The notes under the pieces are model-generated. The model did not search any database, was not told the DNA's origin, and worked only from the letters and a program-made list of their open reading frames with translations. Positions 44,929-56,650 of a stretch of DNA of 64,000 nucleotides are shown here, one piece after another. Every line of letters begins with the position of its first letter. Within the stretch, counting starts at the first letter, position 1. The translations under genes and the position numbers were made by a program. The stretch comes from Escherichia phage 348Ecol098PP. Location of the stretch: sequence record OR062947.1, one strand, 5' to 3'.

Positions 44929-47184
44929 ATGCAAGTAACTAAGAGCAGTGGTGTATCCCAAAATTTTGATGCACAGAAAATTATTCAAGTCTTAACTTGG
45001 CAATGTGAAGGAACACAAATTGACCCATATGAATTGTACGAAGAAATTAAGACCCATCTTGTTGACGGGATGAGCACCAAAGATATCCAGAAGATTTGTA
45101 TTAAAGTTGCAGCTAACTCGATTTCTGTCGAAGAACCTGATTATCAGTATGTCGCCGCCAAAGGGCTAATGTTTGCACTTCGTAAAGATGTATATGGGCA
45201 GTTTGAACCGCCTGCTTTTATCGACCATATTTCTTATTGTGTTAATGAAGGCAAATATGACCCTGAGCTGTTGTCTCAATATTCAGCAGAAGAAATCATT
45301 TATCTCGATTCACAGATTAAACATGAGCGAGATTTTGACCTGACTTATGCTGGTGCTATGCAGCTTAAAGAAAAATACCTGGTTAAAGATAAAACAACTG
45401 GGAAGATTTATGAAACTCCCCAGTTTGCTATCATGGCCATTGGCATGGCCTTACACCAAGACGAAACTCATGACCGTTTGAAACATATTATTCGTTTTTA
45501 TGATGCCGTTTCTACTCATCAAGTTTCATTGCCTACCCCAATTATGGCAGGTGCTCGTACTCCAACTCGCCAGTTCTCTAGTTGTGTAGTTATTGAAGCA
45601 GGTGATTCGTTAAAATCTATTAACAAAACTTCAGCATCAATTATTGAATATATTTCTAAACGAGCTGGTATCGGTATCAACGTTGGTATGCTTCGTGCAG
45701 AAGGTTCTAAGATCGGTATGGGTGAAGTTCGACATACAGGTGTTATTCCATTCTGGAAACATTTCCAAACTGCAGTAAAATCTTGTTCTCAAGGTGGTAT
45801 TCGTGGTGGTGCTGCTACAGCGTATTATCCGATGTGGCACTTAGAAGTAGAGAACCTATTAGTTCTGAAAAATAACAAAGGCGTGGATGAAAACCGTATT
45901 CGTCATATGGACTACGGAATTCAGATTAATGACCTTATGATGGAACGCCTTGGTAAAAATGATTATATTACTTTATTTAGCCCTCACGAAATGTCAGGCG
46001 AACTATACTACTCGTTCTTTGAAGATCAAGATAAATTCCGTGAGCTTTATGAGAAAGCTGAAAAAGACCCGTCAATCAGAAAGAAAAGAATCAAAGCACT
46101 AGAACTCTTTGAATTGTTCATGACTGAACGTTCTGGCACTGCTCGAATTTATCCACAGTTTGTTGATAACACGAATAACTACACTCCATTTATTCGTGAA
46201 AAAGCTCCAATTCGTCAGAGTAACTTATGTTGTGAAATCGCTATTCCAACTAATGATGTGAATGGTCCTGATGCTGAAATTGGTTTATGCACATTATCTG
46301 CTTTTGTATTAGATAAATTTGATTGGCAAGACCAAGATAAAATTAATGAACTTGCTGAAGTACAAGTACGTGCACTTGATAACCTGTTAGACTATCAAGA
46401 TTATCCGGTTCCAGAAGCTTTAAAAGCTAAAAAGCGTCGAAACCTCGGTGTTGGTGTTACGAACTATGCCGCATGGTTAGCTTCCAACTTTGCTTCATAT
46501 GAAGACGCTAACGATTTGACTCATGAATTGTTTGAGAGATTGCAATATGGCCTTATCAAAGCATCAATCAAACTCGCCAAAGAAAAAGGATGTTGCGAGT
46601 ATTATTCAGACACTAAATGGTCTAGAGGCGAATTACCTATCGACTGGTACAATAAAAAGATTGACCAAATCGCAGCCCCGAACTACGTCTGTGACTGGGA
46701 AGAACTTCGAGCTGAACTCAAAGAACATGGAATTCGTAACTCAACGTTGTCTGCACTCATGCCTTGTGAGTCAAGCAGTCAAGTATCGAACTCTACAAAT
46801 GGGATTGAGCCACCACGCGGTCCAGTAAGTATTAAAGAATCTAAAGAAGGCAACTTCCGACAGGTTGTTCCTAATATCGAACATAACATGAGTCTTTACG
46901 ACTATGCGTGGAAACTTGCTAAGAAAGGTAATAAACCTTATTTGACCCAAGTTGCTATCATGTTGAAATGGGTGTGCCAATCTGCTTCTGCTAATACTTA
47001 CTATGACCCTGCAGTATTTGAGAAAGGTAAAGTGCCAATGTCAGTAATGCTTGACGATCTGCTTTACTTCTGGTACTTTGGCGGAAAAAACCTCTACTAT
47101 CATAACACTCGTGATGGGTCTGGTACAGACGACTATGAATTAGAAACACCTAAAGCAGAAGATTGTTCTGCTTGTAAGCTTTAA
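44929..47184 (+). CDS. nrdA: aerobic ribonucleotide reductase large subunit NrdA
   Basis: 751 aa; class Ia RNR catalytic motifs (e.g. NLCCEI active-site region, C-terminal redox cysteines ...CSACKL). Confidence 0.92.
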   Translation: MQVTKSSGVSQNFDAQKIIQVLTWQCEGTQIDPYELYEEIKTHLVDGMSTKDIQKICIKVAANSISVEEPDYQYVAAKGLMFALRKDVYGQFEPPAFIDHISYCVNEGKYDPELLSQYSAEEIIYLDSQIKHERDFDLTYAGAMQLKEKYLVKDKTTGKIYETPQFAIMAIGMALHQDETHDRLKHIIRFYDAVSTHQVSLPTPIMAGARTPTRQFSSCVVIEAGDSLKSINKTSASIIEYISKRAGIGINVGMLRAEGSKIGMGEVRHTGVIPFWKHFQTAVKSCSQGGIRGGAATAYYPMWHLEVENLLVLKNNKGVDENRIRHMDYGIQINDLMMERLGKNDYITLFSPHEMSGELYYSFFEDQDKFRELYEKAEKDPSIRKKRIKALELFELFMTERSGTARIYPQFVDNTNNYTPFIREKAPIRQSNLCCEIAIPTNDVNGPDAEIGLCTLSAFVLDKFDWQDQDKINELAEVQVRALDNLLDYQDYPVPEALKAKKRRNLGVGVTNYAAWLASNFASYEDANDLTHELFERLQYGLIKASIKLAKEKGCCEYYSDTKWSRGELPIDWYNKKIDQIAAPNYVCDWEELRAELKEHGIRNSTLSALMPCESSSQVSNSTNGIEPPRGPVSIKESKEGNFRQVVPNIEHNMSLYDYAWKLAKKGNKPYLTQVAIMLKWVCQSASANTYYDPAVFEKGKVPMSVMLDDLLYFWYFGGKNLYYHNTRDGSGTDDYELETPKAEDCSACKL

Positions 47185-47238
47185 GACTTTTTATTATAAT
47201 TTACTCATGGATGAGTTAATAACTAAGTGAGAAATATA

Positions 47239-47914
47239 ATGAGTACAGTTTTTAACACACAACAAGTCGATGTTTTGAATGAACCGATGTTCTTTGGTTC
47301 TGGTCTTGGCCTTGCACGTTACGATATTCAACGACATAAAGTTTTTGAAGAGCTTATCGAAAAGCAGCTCTCGTTCTTTTGGCGTCCCGAGGAAGTAAAC
47401 TTGATGTTGGATTCGGCCCAGTTTAATAAGCTTCCACAGTTCCAACAGGACATCTTTACCAACAACCTTAAGTATCAATCATTATTAGATTCTATCCAAG
47501 GTAGAGCACCATCTGCGGTACTTATGTCATTGCTTTCAGACCCTTCATTAGATACATGGGTTGCTACATGGACTTTCAGTGAAACTATTCACTCTCGTTC
47601 ATATACTCATATTATGCGAAATCTTTATACAGATCCATCGAAGGTGTTTGATGAGATTGTATTAGATGAAGCTATTATGAAGCGTGCCGAATCTATCGGA
47701 CGATATTATGATGATGTTCTGGTTAAAGCTCGTTATTGGGAAAACGCTAAAGCTGATATCGAATACCAAAAAGAAATTAATGCAGACGAAGACGTTATTG
47801 AAGATGCTATTGAGCATGAGACATATTGGAAGCGTGAGCTAATGAAATCTCTTTACCTTTGCCTCCATGTAATCAACGCATTGGAAGCTATTCGTTTTTA
47901 TGTATCTTTTGCGT
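47239..47914 (+). CDS. nrdB: ribonucleotide reductase small subunit NrdB, exon 1
   Basis: ATG at 47239 (MSTVFNT...; track start 47227 is GTG); exon ends ...RFYVSFA plus the first base of the Cys codon. Confidence 0.85.
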
Positions 47915-48024
47915 AAAATGCGCCTTTAAACGGTAACGTTTATCGAAAACTCCTTTAATTGCTGGAAAGTCCTTTATAGGAAAACTAGCAGCCAAGGTTT
48001 TGCTTGCACCTTTAATTAGTATAA

Positions 48025-48032
48025 TATAAATA
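48025..48032 (+). promoter_or_regulatory. late promoter TATAAATA inside the intron upstream of the endonuclease ORF
   Basis: tataaata about 28 nt upstream of the endonuclease start. Confidence 0.45.
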
Positions 48033-48059
48033 TGATTATACTTTTAAGAGGATGCACAA

Positions 48060-48869
48060 TTGAACTATAGAAAAATTTGGATAGATGCTAACGGACCTAT
48101 ACCTAAAGATTCTGATGGAAGAACATACGAAATCCATCATAAAGACGGTAACCGTGAAAATAATGATTTAGATAATTTGATGTGCCTTTCTATACAGGAA
48201 CATTATGATATACATTTAGCTCAAAAAGATTACCAGGCTTGTCATGCTATAAAGCTTAGAATGAAATATTCTCCTGAAGAAATTTCTGAATTAGCTTCTA
48301 AAGCCGCAAAATCTAGAGAAATCCAGATTTTTAATATCCCTGAAGTACGAGCTAAAAATATTGCCTCTATTAAATCTAAGATAGAAAATGGTACATTTCA
48401 TCTTTTAGGTGGTGAAATACAACGTAAATCTAATTTAAATAGAGTTGCATTAGGTATACATAATTTTCAACAAGCTGAGCATGTTGCAAAAGTCAAAGAA
48501 CGTAATATTGCAGCTATAAAAGAAGGTACTCATGTATTTTGCGGTGGTAAAATGCAGTCAGAAACTCAATCAAAACGGGTAAATGACGGTTCACATCATT
48601 TCTTATCAGAAGACCATAAGAAAAGAACATCAGCAAAAACATTAGAAATGGTTAAGAACGGGACCCATCCTGCACAAAAAGAAATCACATGTGATTTCTG
48701 CGGTCACATTGGTAAAGGTCCTGGATTTTATCTAAAACATAATGACAGATGTAAATTAAATCCAAATAGAATTCAATTGAATTGTCCATATTGTGATAAG
48801 AAAGATTTATCACCATCAACATATAAACGATGGCACGGCGACAATTGCAAAGCAAGGTTCAACGACTAG
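48060..48869 (+). CDS. I-TevIII: intron-encoded HNH homing endonuclease (I-TevIII-like, full length)
   Basis: 269 aa; HNH motif EIHHKDGNRENNDLDNLMCLSIQEHYDIH; C-terminal Zn-finger-like CDFCGH...CPYCDKK; apparent TTG start at 48060 after aagagga SD (no in-frame ATG upstream). Confidence 0.7.
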   Translation: MNYRKIWIDANGPIPKDSDGRTYEIHHKDGNRENNDLDNLMCLSIQEHYDIHLAQKDYQACHAIKLRMKYSPEEISELASKAAKSREIQIFNIPEVRAKNIASIKSKIENGTFHLLGGEIQRKSNLNRVALGIHNFQQAEHVAKVKERNIAAIKEGTHVFCGGKMQSETQSKRVNDGSHHFLSEDHKKRTSAKTLEMVKNGTHPAQKEITCDFCGHIGKGPGFYLKHNDRCKLNPNRIQLNCPYCDKKDLSPSTYKRWHGDNCKARFND

Positions 48870-49005
48870 TCTTCGGACGTAGGGTCAAGCGACTCGAAAT
48901 GGGGAGAATCCCTCTGGGATTGTGATATAGTCTGGTCTGCATAGTAATATGTAGCAGTTCATAAGAGAACGGGTTGAGAATTAGCGAGCTCAATCGAACA
49001 TAACG

Positions 49006-49508
49006 GTACCTTTAACTTCCATAAGAACATGGAAATCATGGAAGGTAATGCCAAGATTATGAAGTTCATTGCTCGTGATGAACAGCTCCACCTCAAGGGC
49101 ACTCAATATATTATTCGTGCTTTACAAGATGGCGAAGACGGTGATGAATGGGTCAAAATTGCTCAAGAGTGTGAACAAGAAGCAGTTGATATTTTCATGG
49201 AAGTTAACGCTCAAGAAAAAGAATGGGCTGAACACTTGTTTAAAGATGGTGCTCTTCCAGGTCTAAATGTTAAAATCCTAAGTGAATTTGTGGATTATCT
49301 TACCGTGTCTCGTATGCGTAGTTGTGGTCTGCCATGTCCTCTTAAAGACGTATCAACTCGTCATCCTATTCCATGGATTCGTGAGTATTTGAACTCTGAT
49401 TTGGTTCAAGCAGCTCCTCAGGAAGTTGAAATCAGTTCTTATCTTGTCGCACAAATTGATAATGATGTAGACCAAAATGTAATCAATTCATACAAAAAAT
49501 ATTTCTAA
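49006..49508 (+). CDS. nrdB: ribonucleotide reductase small subunit NrdB, exon 2
   Basis: (C)TFNFHKNMEIMEGNAKIMKFIARDEQLHLKGTQYII... in frame with exon 1 after intron removal. Confidence 0.85.
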
Positions 49509-49512
49509 GGAC

Positions 49513-49533
49513 GGGACTTCGGTCCCACTTTAT
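49513..49533 (+). terminator. probable terminator
   Basis: gggacttcggtccc hairpin followed by actttatt. Confidence 0.55.
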
Positions 49534-49534
49534 T

Positions 49535-49945
49535 ATGAAAGATATTGCCGCCGAATATTCCTTTATTAAATATACAGAATTGGAGCTATTAGAAGATGCA
49601 ACAATTAAAACAGTTGATGTCCCTAATAAGAAAAATGTCATATACGCTATTGCTATAGATGACGAACTTGTGTATATTGGTAAAACCAAGAATTTAAAGA
49701 AACGCATTAACTATTATCGAACAGCCATAAATCGAAAAGACCAGACTTCAGATTCAAGAAAATCACTTATGATTTTGGATGCCTTAATGCAAGGCAAAAA
49801 GGTTGAATTCTGGGCCCGCCAATGTTTTGACCTTTCAGTCACCAACGAACTTGGTTCAATGACCATCGCAACAATGGACCTTGAAGAACCGCTTTTTATC
49901 AAAAAGTTCAACCCGCCTTGGAATATCCAACATAAGAAAAAGTAG
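49535..49945 (+). CDS. denA: endonuclease II DenA
   Basis: 136 aa; MK.IA.EYSFIKYTELEL...NVIYAIAI.DELVYIGKTKNL.KRINYYRTAINRKD.TSDS...EEPLFIK.FNPPWNIQHKKK matches remembered T4 DenA. Confidence 0.8.
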   Translation: MKDIAAEYSFIKYTELELLEDATIKTVDVPNKKNVIYAIAIDDELVYIGKTKNLKKRINYYRTAINRKDQTSDSRKSLMILDALMQGKKVEFWARQCFDLSVTNELGSMTIATMDLEEPLFIKKFNPPWNIQHKKK

Positions 49946-49974
49946 TTTACATACCACAAGGATTGTGGTACAAT
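49945..49974 (+). promoter_or_regulatory. early promoter with spacer palindrome
   Basis: gtttac at 49945; ccacaa-gga-ttgtgg palindrome; extended -10 tggtacaat. Confidence 0.5.
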
Positions 49975-49992
49975 TTAAAAAAAACTAACTGA

Positions 49993-51126
<1,134 letters not shown>

Positions 51127-51188
51127 TGGTTTACAAACACCAAGGAAGGTGTTACTATGGCTTTTATCAACAACACGAGGAGAAAATT

Positions 51189-51689
51189 ATGAATATGCAA
51201 TTGATTACTAACGATATGGTCGTAACCGCTTTTGGAGACACAACTGACGGAATCCGGGTCTTTAAGAAAGGACGTCCAGTTGGTTATCTTACGGACCTAC
51301 GTGTTACACTAGCGAAAAATGCTAAAAAGAAGTTAAAGCAAAAGGAATATTCAACACGTTACACCGAAGAGAAACGTGAAGCGATGCCGGAAGCAGTTAA
51401 TGCCATGGTAGAATTTCTTCAAAACAATTTGACTAAATATGACGCTAATGTGTTCATTAATATTAGTCAACCAAACGTACATATCGCAGGTATAAAATTC
51501 TACATTATTTGCGACCCTCTTACCGACAAATTCAACCGTCTCGGAATCTCAAGTCCATATCATACAGCAGAAGAGTTGTGTGTATTGTTTGAATCGTACA
51601 AAATCCAGTGTGATGGTTTGAAAACCGTTCTTATCAATGGATTGTCCCGAGATGAAATCATTGAGATTATTAAAACATGCTTAAAGTAA
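51189..51689 (+). CDS. alc: Alc (transcription termination on cytosine-containing DNA)
   Basis: ATG at 51189 with cgaggag SD; 166 aa; position between 63 and the spanins as in T4. Confidence 0.65.
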   Translation: MNMQLITNDMVVTAFGDTTDGIRVFKKGRPVGYLTDLRVTLAKNAKKKLKQKEYSTRYTEEKREAMPEAVNAMVEFLQNNLTKYDANVFINISQPNVHIAGIKFYIICDPLTDKFNRLGISSPYHTAEELCVLFESYKIQCDGLKTVLINGLSRDEIIEIIKTCLK

Positions 51690-52033
51690 ATCCTATTTAC
51701 GCTATAGTAGCAGCTTTTGCTCTAGTTTCTACGGTAACAATAGTTGTCTTAAACAACAAAGTTGATTCGTTGAATACTGAATTAGCTTCTGTCAAAGAGA
51801 CCGCTAAAAACAATGCTAAAGTATTAGACGACTTCAAGGTTCAATATCAGTCAATCGAAGAAATGACTTATAAGAACCGTGTTTTAGTTGACCAACTTAA
51901 GGCCGAAAATGAAAAGCTCCGTAAGGATTCGAAGAAGAAGAACGTGGTGGCAAGTAAACCAGGATTGGTCGAAAAACAAATCAACAGGTCCTTCGATTCC
52001 TTTGCAGAAGACCTCAGGAAGCTCTCAGAATGA
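51677..52033 (+). CDS. i-spanin (inner-membrane spanin, PseT.3-like)
   Basis: 118 aa; N-terminal TM helix then a charged coiled-coil-like periplasmic domain; immediately followed by the lipoprotein ORF. Confidence 0.6.
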   Translation: MLKVNPIYAIVAAFALVSTVTIVVLNNKVDSLNTELASVKETAKNNAKVLDDFKVQYQSIEEMTYKNRVLVDQLKAENEKLRKDSKKKNVVASKPGLVEKQINRSFDSFAEDLRKLSE

Positions 52034-52320
52034 TTAAATTAACCGCAGTTGTATTATCTATTGGCATTTTGGCTGGATGTGCCCAGGATGTGCCCTTAAG
52101 CCCTAAAGAAACTTTACATCCGCCATGGCCAGAATCTATTGTTGAATATAACCAGAAATGGCAAGTAAAGGTTATTGATGGTAATCCGTGGGTTGGAATG
52201 CCATTTGAAGACTCTCAAGAATTTCGTATCTGGTTAAACGACGTAAAAAGATATGTACATGACCAGAAGACTATGTTATGTTATTATCGTAGTGGTTTAA
52301 AAGAGGAAAAATGTCAATGA
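52030..52320 (+). CDS. o-spanin (outer-membrane lipoprotein, PseT.2-like)
   Basis: 96 aa; signal peptide with lipobox LAGC; ATGA-coupled to the i-spanin. Confidence 0.6.
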   Translation: MIKLTAVVLSIGILAGCAQDVPLSPKETLHPPWPESIVEYNQKWQVKVIDGNPWVGMPFEDSQEFRIWLNDVKRYVHDQKTMLCYYRSGLKEEKCQ

Positions 52321-52535
52321 CTAAAGAACAGCATGAATACATTAAAGGGCTTATCTATGAATCTGAAATGGCGGCTATGATTTATGGACGCCAGATTCAA
52401 CGATTAGAATCTTTGCCTCCGACTAATGACCGCTTGTTAGTTCAGTCTCGTGCTAATCTGAAAAATGAATATCAGAATAAGTGGGCAGTAGCGACTAAAG
52501 CTCTTCATGAGTATATTGAATCTTTAGTAAAATAG
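52311..52535 (+). CDS. hypothetical protein
   Basis: 74 aa ORF. Confidence 0.45.
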   Translation: MSMTKEQHEYIKGLIYESEMAAMIYGRQIQRLESLPPTNDRLLVQSRANLKNEYQNKWAVATKALHEYIESLVK

Positions 52536-52569
52536 TTTACAAACTCTCGGGAGCAGAGTATAATGCTCC
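52535..52569 (+). promoter_or_regulatory. early promoter cassette (family D)
   Basis: gtttacaaactctcgggagcagagtataatgctcc; palindrome ggagca/tgctcc around tataat. Confidence 0.55.
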
Positions 52570-52592
52570 TATGGATAATTGAGGAAATCTAA

Positions 52593-52891
52593 ATGAAAAC
52601 ATTACTAGAGAATTACATCAAACGGTCTGATGAGTATATTGATATCTGCCGTGGAATGTCACTTGTCGATTATGACAAAGATGCAGCAAAGGCACTAGAT
52701 GAAGCAGGTAAAGCTCTTCGTAAAGCTGCTAAAGAAAAAGGGTTGGATTTGCAACAACTCAAAAGTCATATGATTAAATTTATTTCTTCAAACGTTAGAA
52801 GTACGTCAATTAATAAAAACGTTGCTGAAATTAATAAAGACCGGCGCGAGCATAACATTCGTATTCTTGAAACTTTCTTAGGAATAAAATA

Positions 52892-52892
<1 letters not shown>
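52593..52892 (+). CDS. hypothetical protein
   Basis: 99 aa ORF. Confidence 0.5.
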
Positions 52893-53978
<1,086 letters not shown>

Positions 53979-53979
<1 letters not shown>

Positions 53980-54170
53980 TGAAACGATTATATGAAGTGA
54001 TTGAGGCCATCGAACGGCATAAAGAATATTTGTTTGTAGCCTGGCCTTTAGTAAATGGACAGTTCGGTATTGATGTGCTGGACTATGAGCATGAAGAACG
54101 TTTGGACGGTGGTATATTTGATAACGTCGACCAGGCAATTGAATGGTTAAATGAAAACTATGTACGATAA
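53979..54170 (+). CDS. hypothetical protein
   Basis: 63 aa ORF. Confidence 0.4.
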
Positions 54171-54375
54171 ACATCATGAAATCGAAGATGAAGCATACAA
54201 AATGCTTCGTAAACTAGTGGGACTTAATATGAGTCCTACATTAATCAACAAACTCGCAGGAATTCGTAATGATCTGAATACTCGTTACAAAGGCGAATAT
54301 CATGTAGAGTTTGTTCCTGTAGGTGAACCGACCGAGCGATTTGTTGTTCGAGTTAAAGTAAATACTGTACACTGA
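54151..54375 (+). CDS. hypothetical protein
   Basis: 74 aa ORF. Confidence 0.4.
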   Translation: MKTMYDKHHEIEDEAYKMLRKLVGLNMSPTLINKLAGIRNDLNTRYKGEYHVEFVPVGEPTERFVVRVKVNTVH

Positions 54376-54382
54376 GGTAATT

Positions 54383-54658
54383 ATGTTCCCAACTTATTCT
54401 GAAATTGTAAAGGTAGTCTTCAGTCAGATTATTGCTAATAATATGTTTGAAGTGCTTGATAATGCAGCCGAACTCAGAGTTCATGCTCAACTAACTCATG
54501 TACTCAATGCTTTGCTCCCAGACCAAGTAGATTCTATTGCTATTACTCTTCTCCCTGGGTCTGCACACGTCATAGTGGTATTTGATCTTGACGGCGATTT
54601 AGTTATCCAATGTGATATCAATTTCGGTACACAAAAAATTGAATGCAAAGCAATTTAA
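54383..54658 (+). CDS. hypothetical protein
   Basis: 91 aa ORF; gaggtaat SD. Confidence 0.45.
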   Translation: MFPTYSEIVKVVFSQIIANNMFEVLDNAAELRVHAQLTHVLNALLPDQVDSIAITLLPGSAHVIVVFDLDGDLVIQCDINFGTQKIECKAI

Positions 54659-54660
54659 TG

Positions 54661-54699
54661 GTTTACAACATGGTGGAGTTGTGATACTATAACTCTACC
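54661..54699 (+). promoter_or_regulatory. early promoter with imperfect 9-bp inverted repeat around -10
   Basis: gtttac at 54661; ggtggagtt ... aactctacc flanking tactat. Confidence 0.5.
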
Positions 54700-54718
54700 A
54701 ACAAATGAGGAAATAGAA

Positions 54719-54955
54719 ATGCTAAGTGAAAACCCAATTACAGTACACGAATTTCAGATTAAAGTAAAAGAATTTGCTCAAGCACTCATCAATAAAGTGT
54801 CTGAACGTTTCCAAGATGCAACATTACGAGTTATTCAAGAATCTCCACGTTCTTTTCTCATAATCGTTAATCCTAAAGATGGTGACCAAATTACTAATCT
54901 TAAATTAGGCAGTGATGGTCTTGTTGAAGCAACTCGAGTATATGGAACACTATAA
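54719..54955 (+). CDS. hypothetical protein
   Basis: 78 aa; gaggaaat SD. Confidence 0.45.
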   Translation: MLSENPITVHEFQIKVKEFAQALINKVSERFQDATLRVIQESPRSFLIIVNPKDGDQITNLKLGSDGLVEATRVYGTL

Positions 54956-55075
54956 TGAGAGCTATCTCATTACTATCGAGAATGGTCATAAATCTGAGCA
55001 CTACCAACTTAGCCTGTCTAATCCGGTTAAAGGTATTGTTGAATCAGAATCTGTTTATATCTCCTAAGGATTGTT

Positions 55076-56068
55076 ATGTTACCTGTCGTCAGAAAACTTA
55101 TTTCTCCAAAAGAACTGGCTGAGATTATTCCTTTGTCGGAAGCTTACGCATCACAAGTGGCTTCTCATCGTGAACAAGTTAATTCGATTATGAACGGTGA
55201 AGACCCACGCAAACTTATTGTTGTAGGTCCTTGTTCAATTCATGACCCTATTGCTGCTGTTGAATACGGCAAACGTCTGGCTGAACTTCAAACTCGTCTT
55301 CCTAATGTTCTGTTAGTGATGCGCGTTTATTTTGAAAAGCCTCGAACTACCGTAGGTTGGAAAGGTCTTGTAAATGATCCATATCTTGACGGAAGTTTTG
55401 ATATGAACCACGGTCTTATAGTTGCACGAACATTGTGTCGTAAACTTCTACGTATGGGACTTCCATTAGCAACTGAAGTATTAGACCCATTCACGATTAA
55501 GTATCTTTCTGGTATTTTCTCATGGGTTGCTATTGGCGCCCGTACGACTGAAAGTCAGACACATCGTGAAATTGCTTCAGGTCTACCGATGTGCGTAGGC
55601 TTCAAGAACGCAACCAGTGGTTCTATTAAAGTAGCTACAGACGCGATGTATAGTGCCGCCTGGCCTCATCGGTATATGGGTATGGACGTCGATGGTACTG
55701 TAGGCATTGTTGAAGCTGAAGGTAATCAGAATACGCATATCATATTGCGTGGCGGGACCAACGGCCCGAACTATCATTCTTCTGATATTCAAGAAGCTTC
55801 TAACAAAGCAAGTGCAGTAGGTCTGAATCATTATGTAATGGTTGACTGTAGCCATGCAAACGCTGCTGGGCATTATAGCAATCAAATTGGTATTGGTAAA
55901 AATTTAGCAGCTAATGATTTGGTCAAAGGAATTATGATAGAATCATTCCTACATGAAGGAAATCAAAAAATTTCTGATAATATGTCCTATGGCGTTTCCA
56001 TTACCGATGCGTGCATCAGTTGGGAACAAACTAAAGAGCTGTTAACTTATATTAATAAGGTTCAATAA
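55076..56068 (+). CDS. 3-deoxy-D-arabino-heptulosonate-7-phosphate (DAHP) synthase, AroG/AroF-like class I
   Basis: 330 aa; VVGPCSIHDP, LLVMRVYFEKPRTTVGWKGLVNDP, WVAIGARTTESQTHREIASGL, VGFKN, HIILRGG, SITDACI align by eye with E. coli AroG. Confidence 0.8.
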   Translation: MLPVVRKLISPKELAEIIPLSEAYASQVASHREQVNSIMNGEDPRKLIVVGPCSIHDPIAAVEYGKRLAELQTRLPNVLLVMRVYFEKPRTTVGWKGLVNDPYLDGSFDMNHGLIVARTLCRKLLRMGLPLATEVLDPFTIKYLSGIFSWVAIGARTTESQTHREIASGLPMCVGFKNATSGSIKVATDAMYSAAWPHRYMGMDVDGTVGIVEAEGNQNTHIILRGGTNGPNYHSSDIQEASNKASAVGLNHYVMVDCSHANAAGHYSNQIGIGKNLAANDLVKGIMIESFLHEGNQKISDNMSYGVSITDACISWEQTKELLTYINKVQ

Positions 56069-56649
56069 TGAAAGCTAGCACATATCTTCAAATTGCTTAT
56101 TTGATTTCTCAAGAATCAAAATGTTGTTCATGGAAAGTTGGTGCCGTCATTGAAAAAGATGGACGCATTATTTCTACAGGTTATAATGGCTCTCCTTCAG
56201 GTGGTACAAACTGTTGCGAACATGCGTCCGAAAACGGCTGGTTGAAGAATAAACCAAGCCCGGTCATCGTTGCTGGGCATAAAGAAGGCACTACAGCATT
56301 TGGACGGGCAGATAATTTTGTTTTGGCTAAAGAACATCGGGCTGCTCATAGTGCATGGTCTGCTAATAACGAAATCCATGCAGAATTGAATGCAATTTTG
56401 TTCGCAGCTCGTAAAGGTAATTCTATTGAAGGTGCTACGTTATATACTACGCTTTCTCCGTGTCCTGATTGCACTAAAGCTATCACACAATCAGGCATTA
56501 AAAAGGTCGTATATGCAGAATTATATGACCGGTCTCCTGAAAATTGGGCAGACATTCTAAAACAAGCTGGTATTGAAGTAATTCAGTACTCTCGTAATAA
56601 TCTTCGTTCTCTGAATTGGGAACAAATCCGAAACTTTTGTGGTGAATAA
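56068..56649 (+). CDS. cd: dCMP deaminase
   Basis: 193 aa; ...LQIAYL.SQESKCCSWKVGAVIEK.GRIISTGYNGSP...HAELNAILFAAR.G.SIEGAT.Y.TLSPCPDC.KAI.QSGIKK matches remembered T4 Cd. Confidence 0.88.
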   Translation: MKASTYLQIAYLISQESKCCSWKVGAVIEKDGRIISTGYNGSPSGGTNCCEHASENGWLKNKPSPVIVAGHKEGTTAFGRADNFVLAKEHRAAHSAWSANNEIHAELNAILFAARKGNSIEGATLYTTLSPCPDCTKAITQSGIKKVVYAELYDRSPENWADILKQAGIEVIQYSRNNLRSLNWEQIRNFCGE

Positions 56650-56650
56650 T

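Larger units (their letters stand above)
47915..49005 (+). mobile_element. group I intron in nrdB (1091 nt) carrying an intact HNH endonuclease ORF
   Basis: interrupts the otherwise continuous NrdB reading frame (...SFA | CTFNFHKNMEIMEG...); 5' splice site follows U, intron ends in G. Confidence 0.8.
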
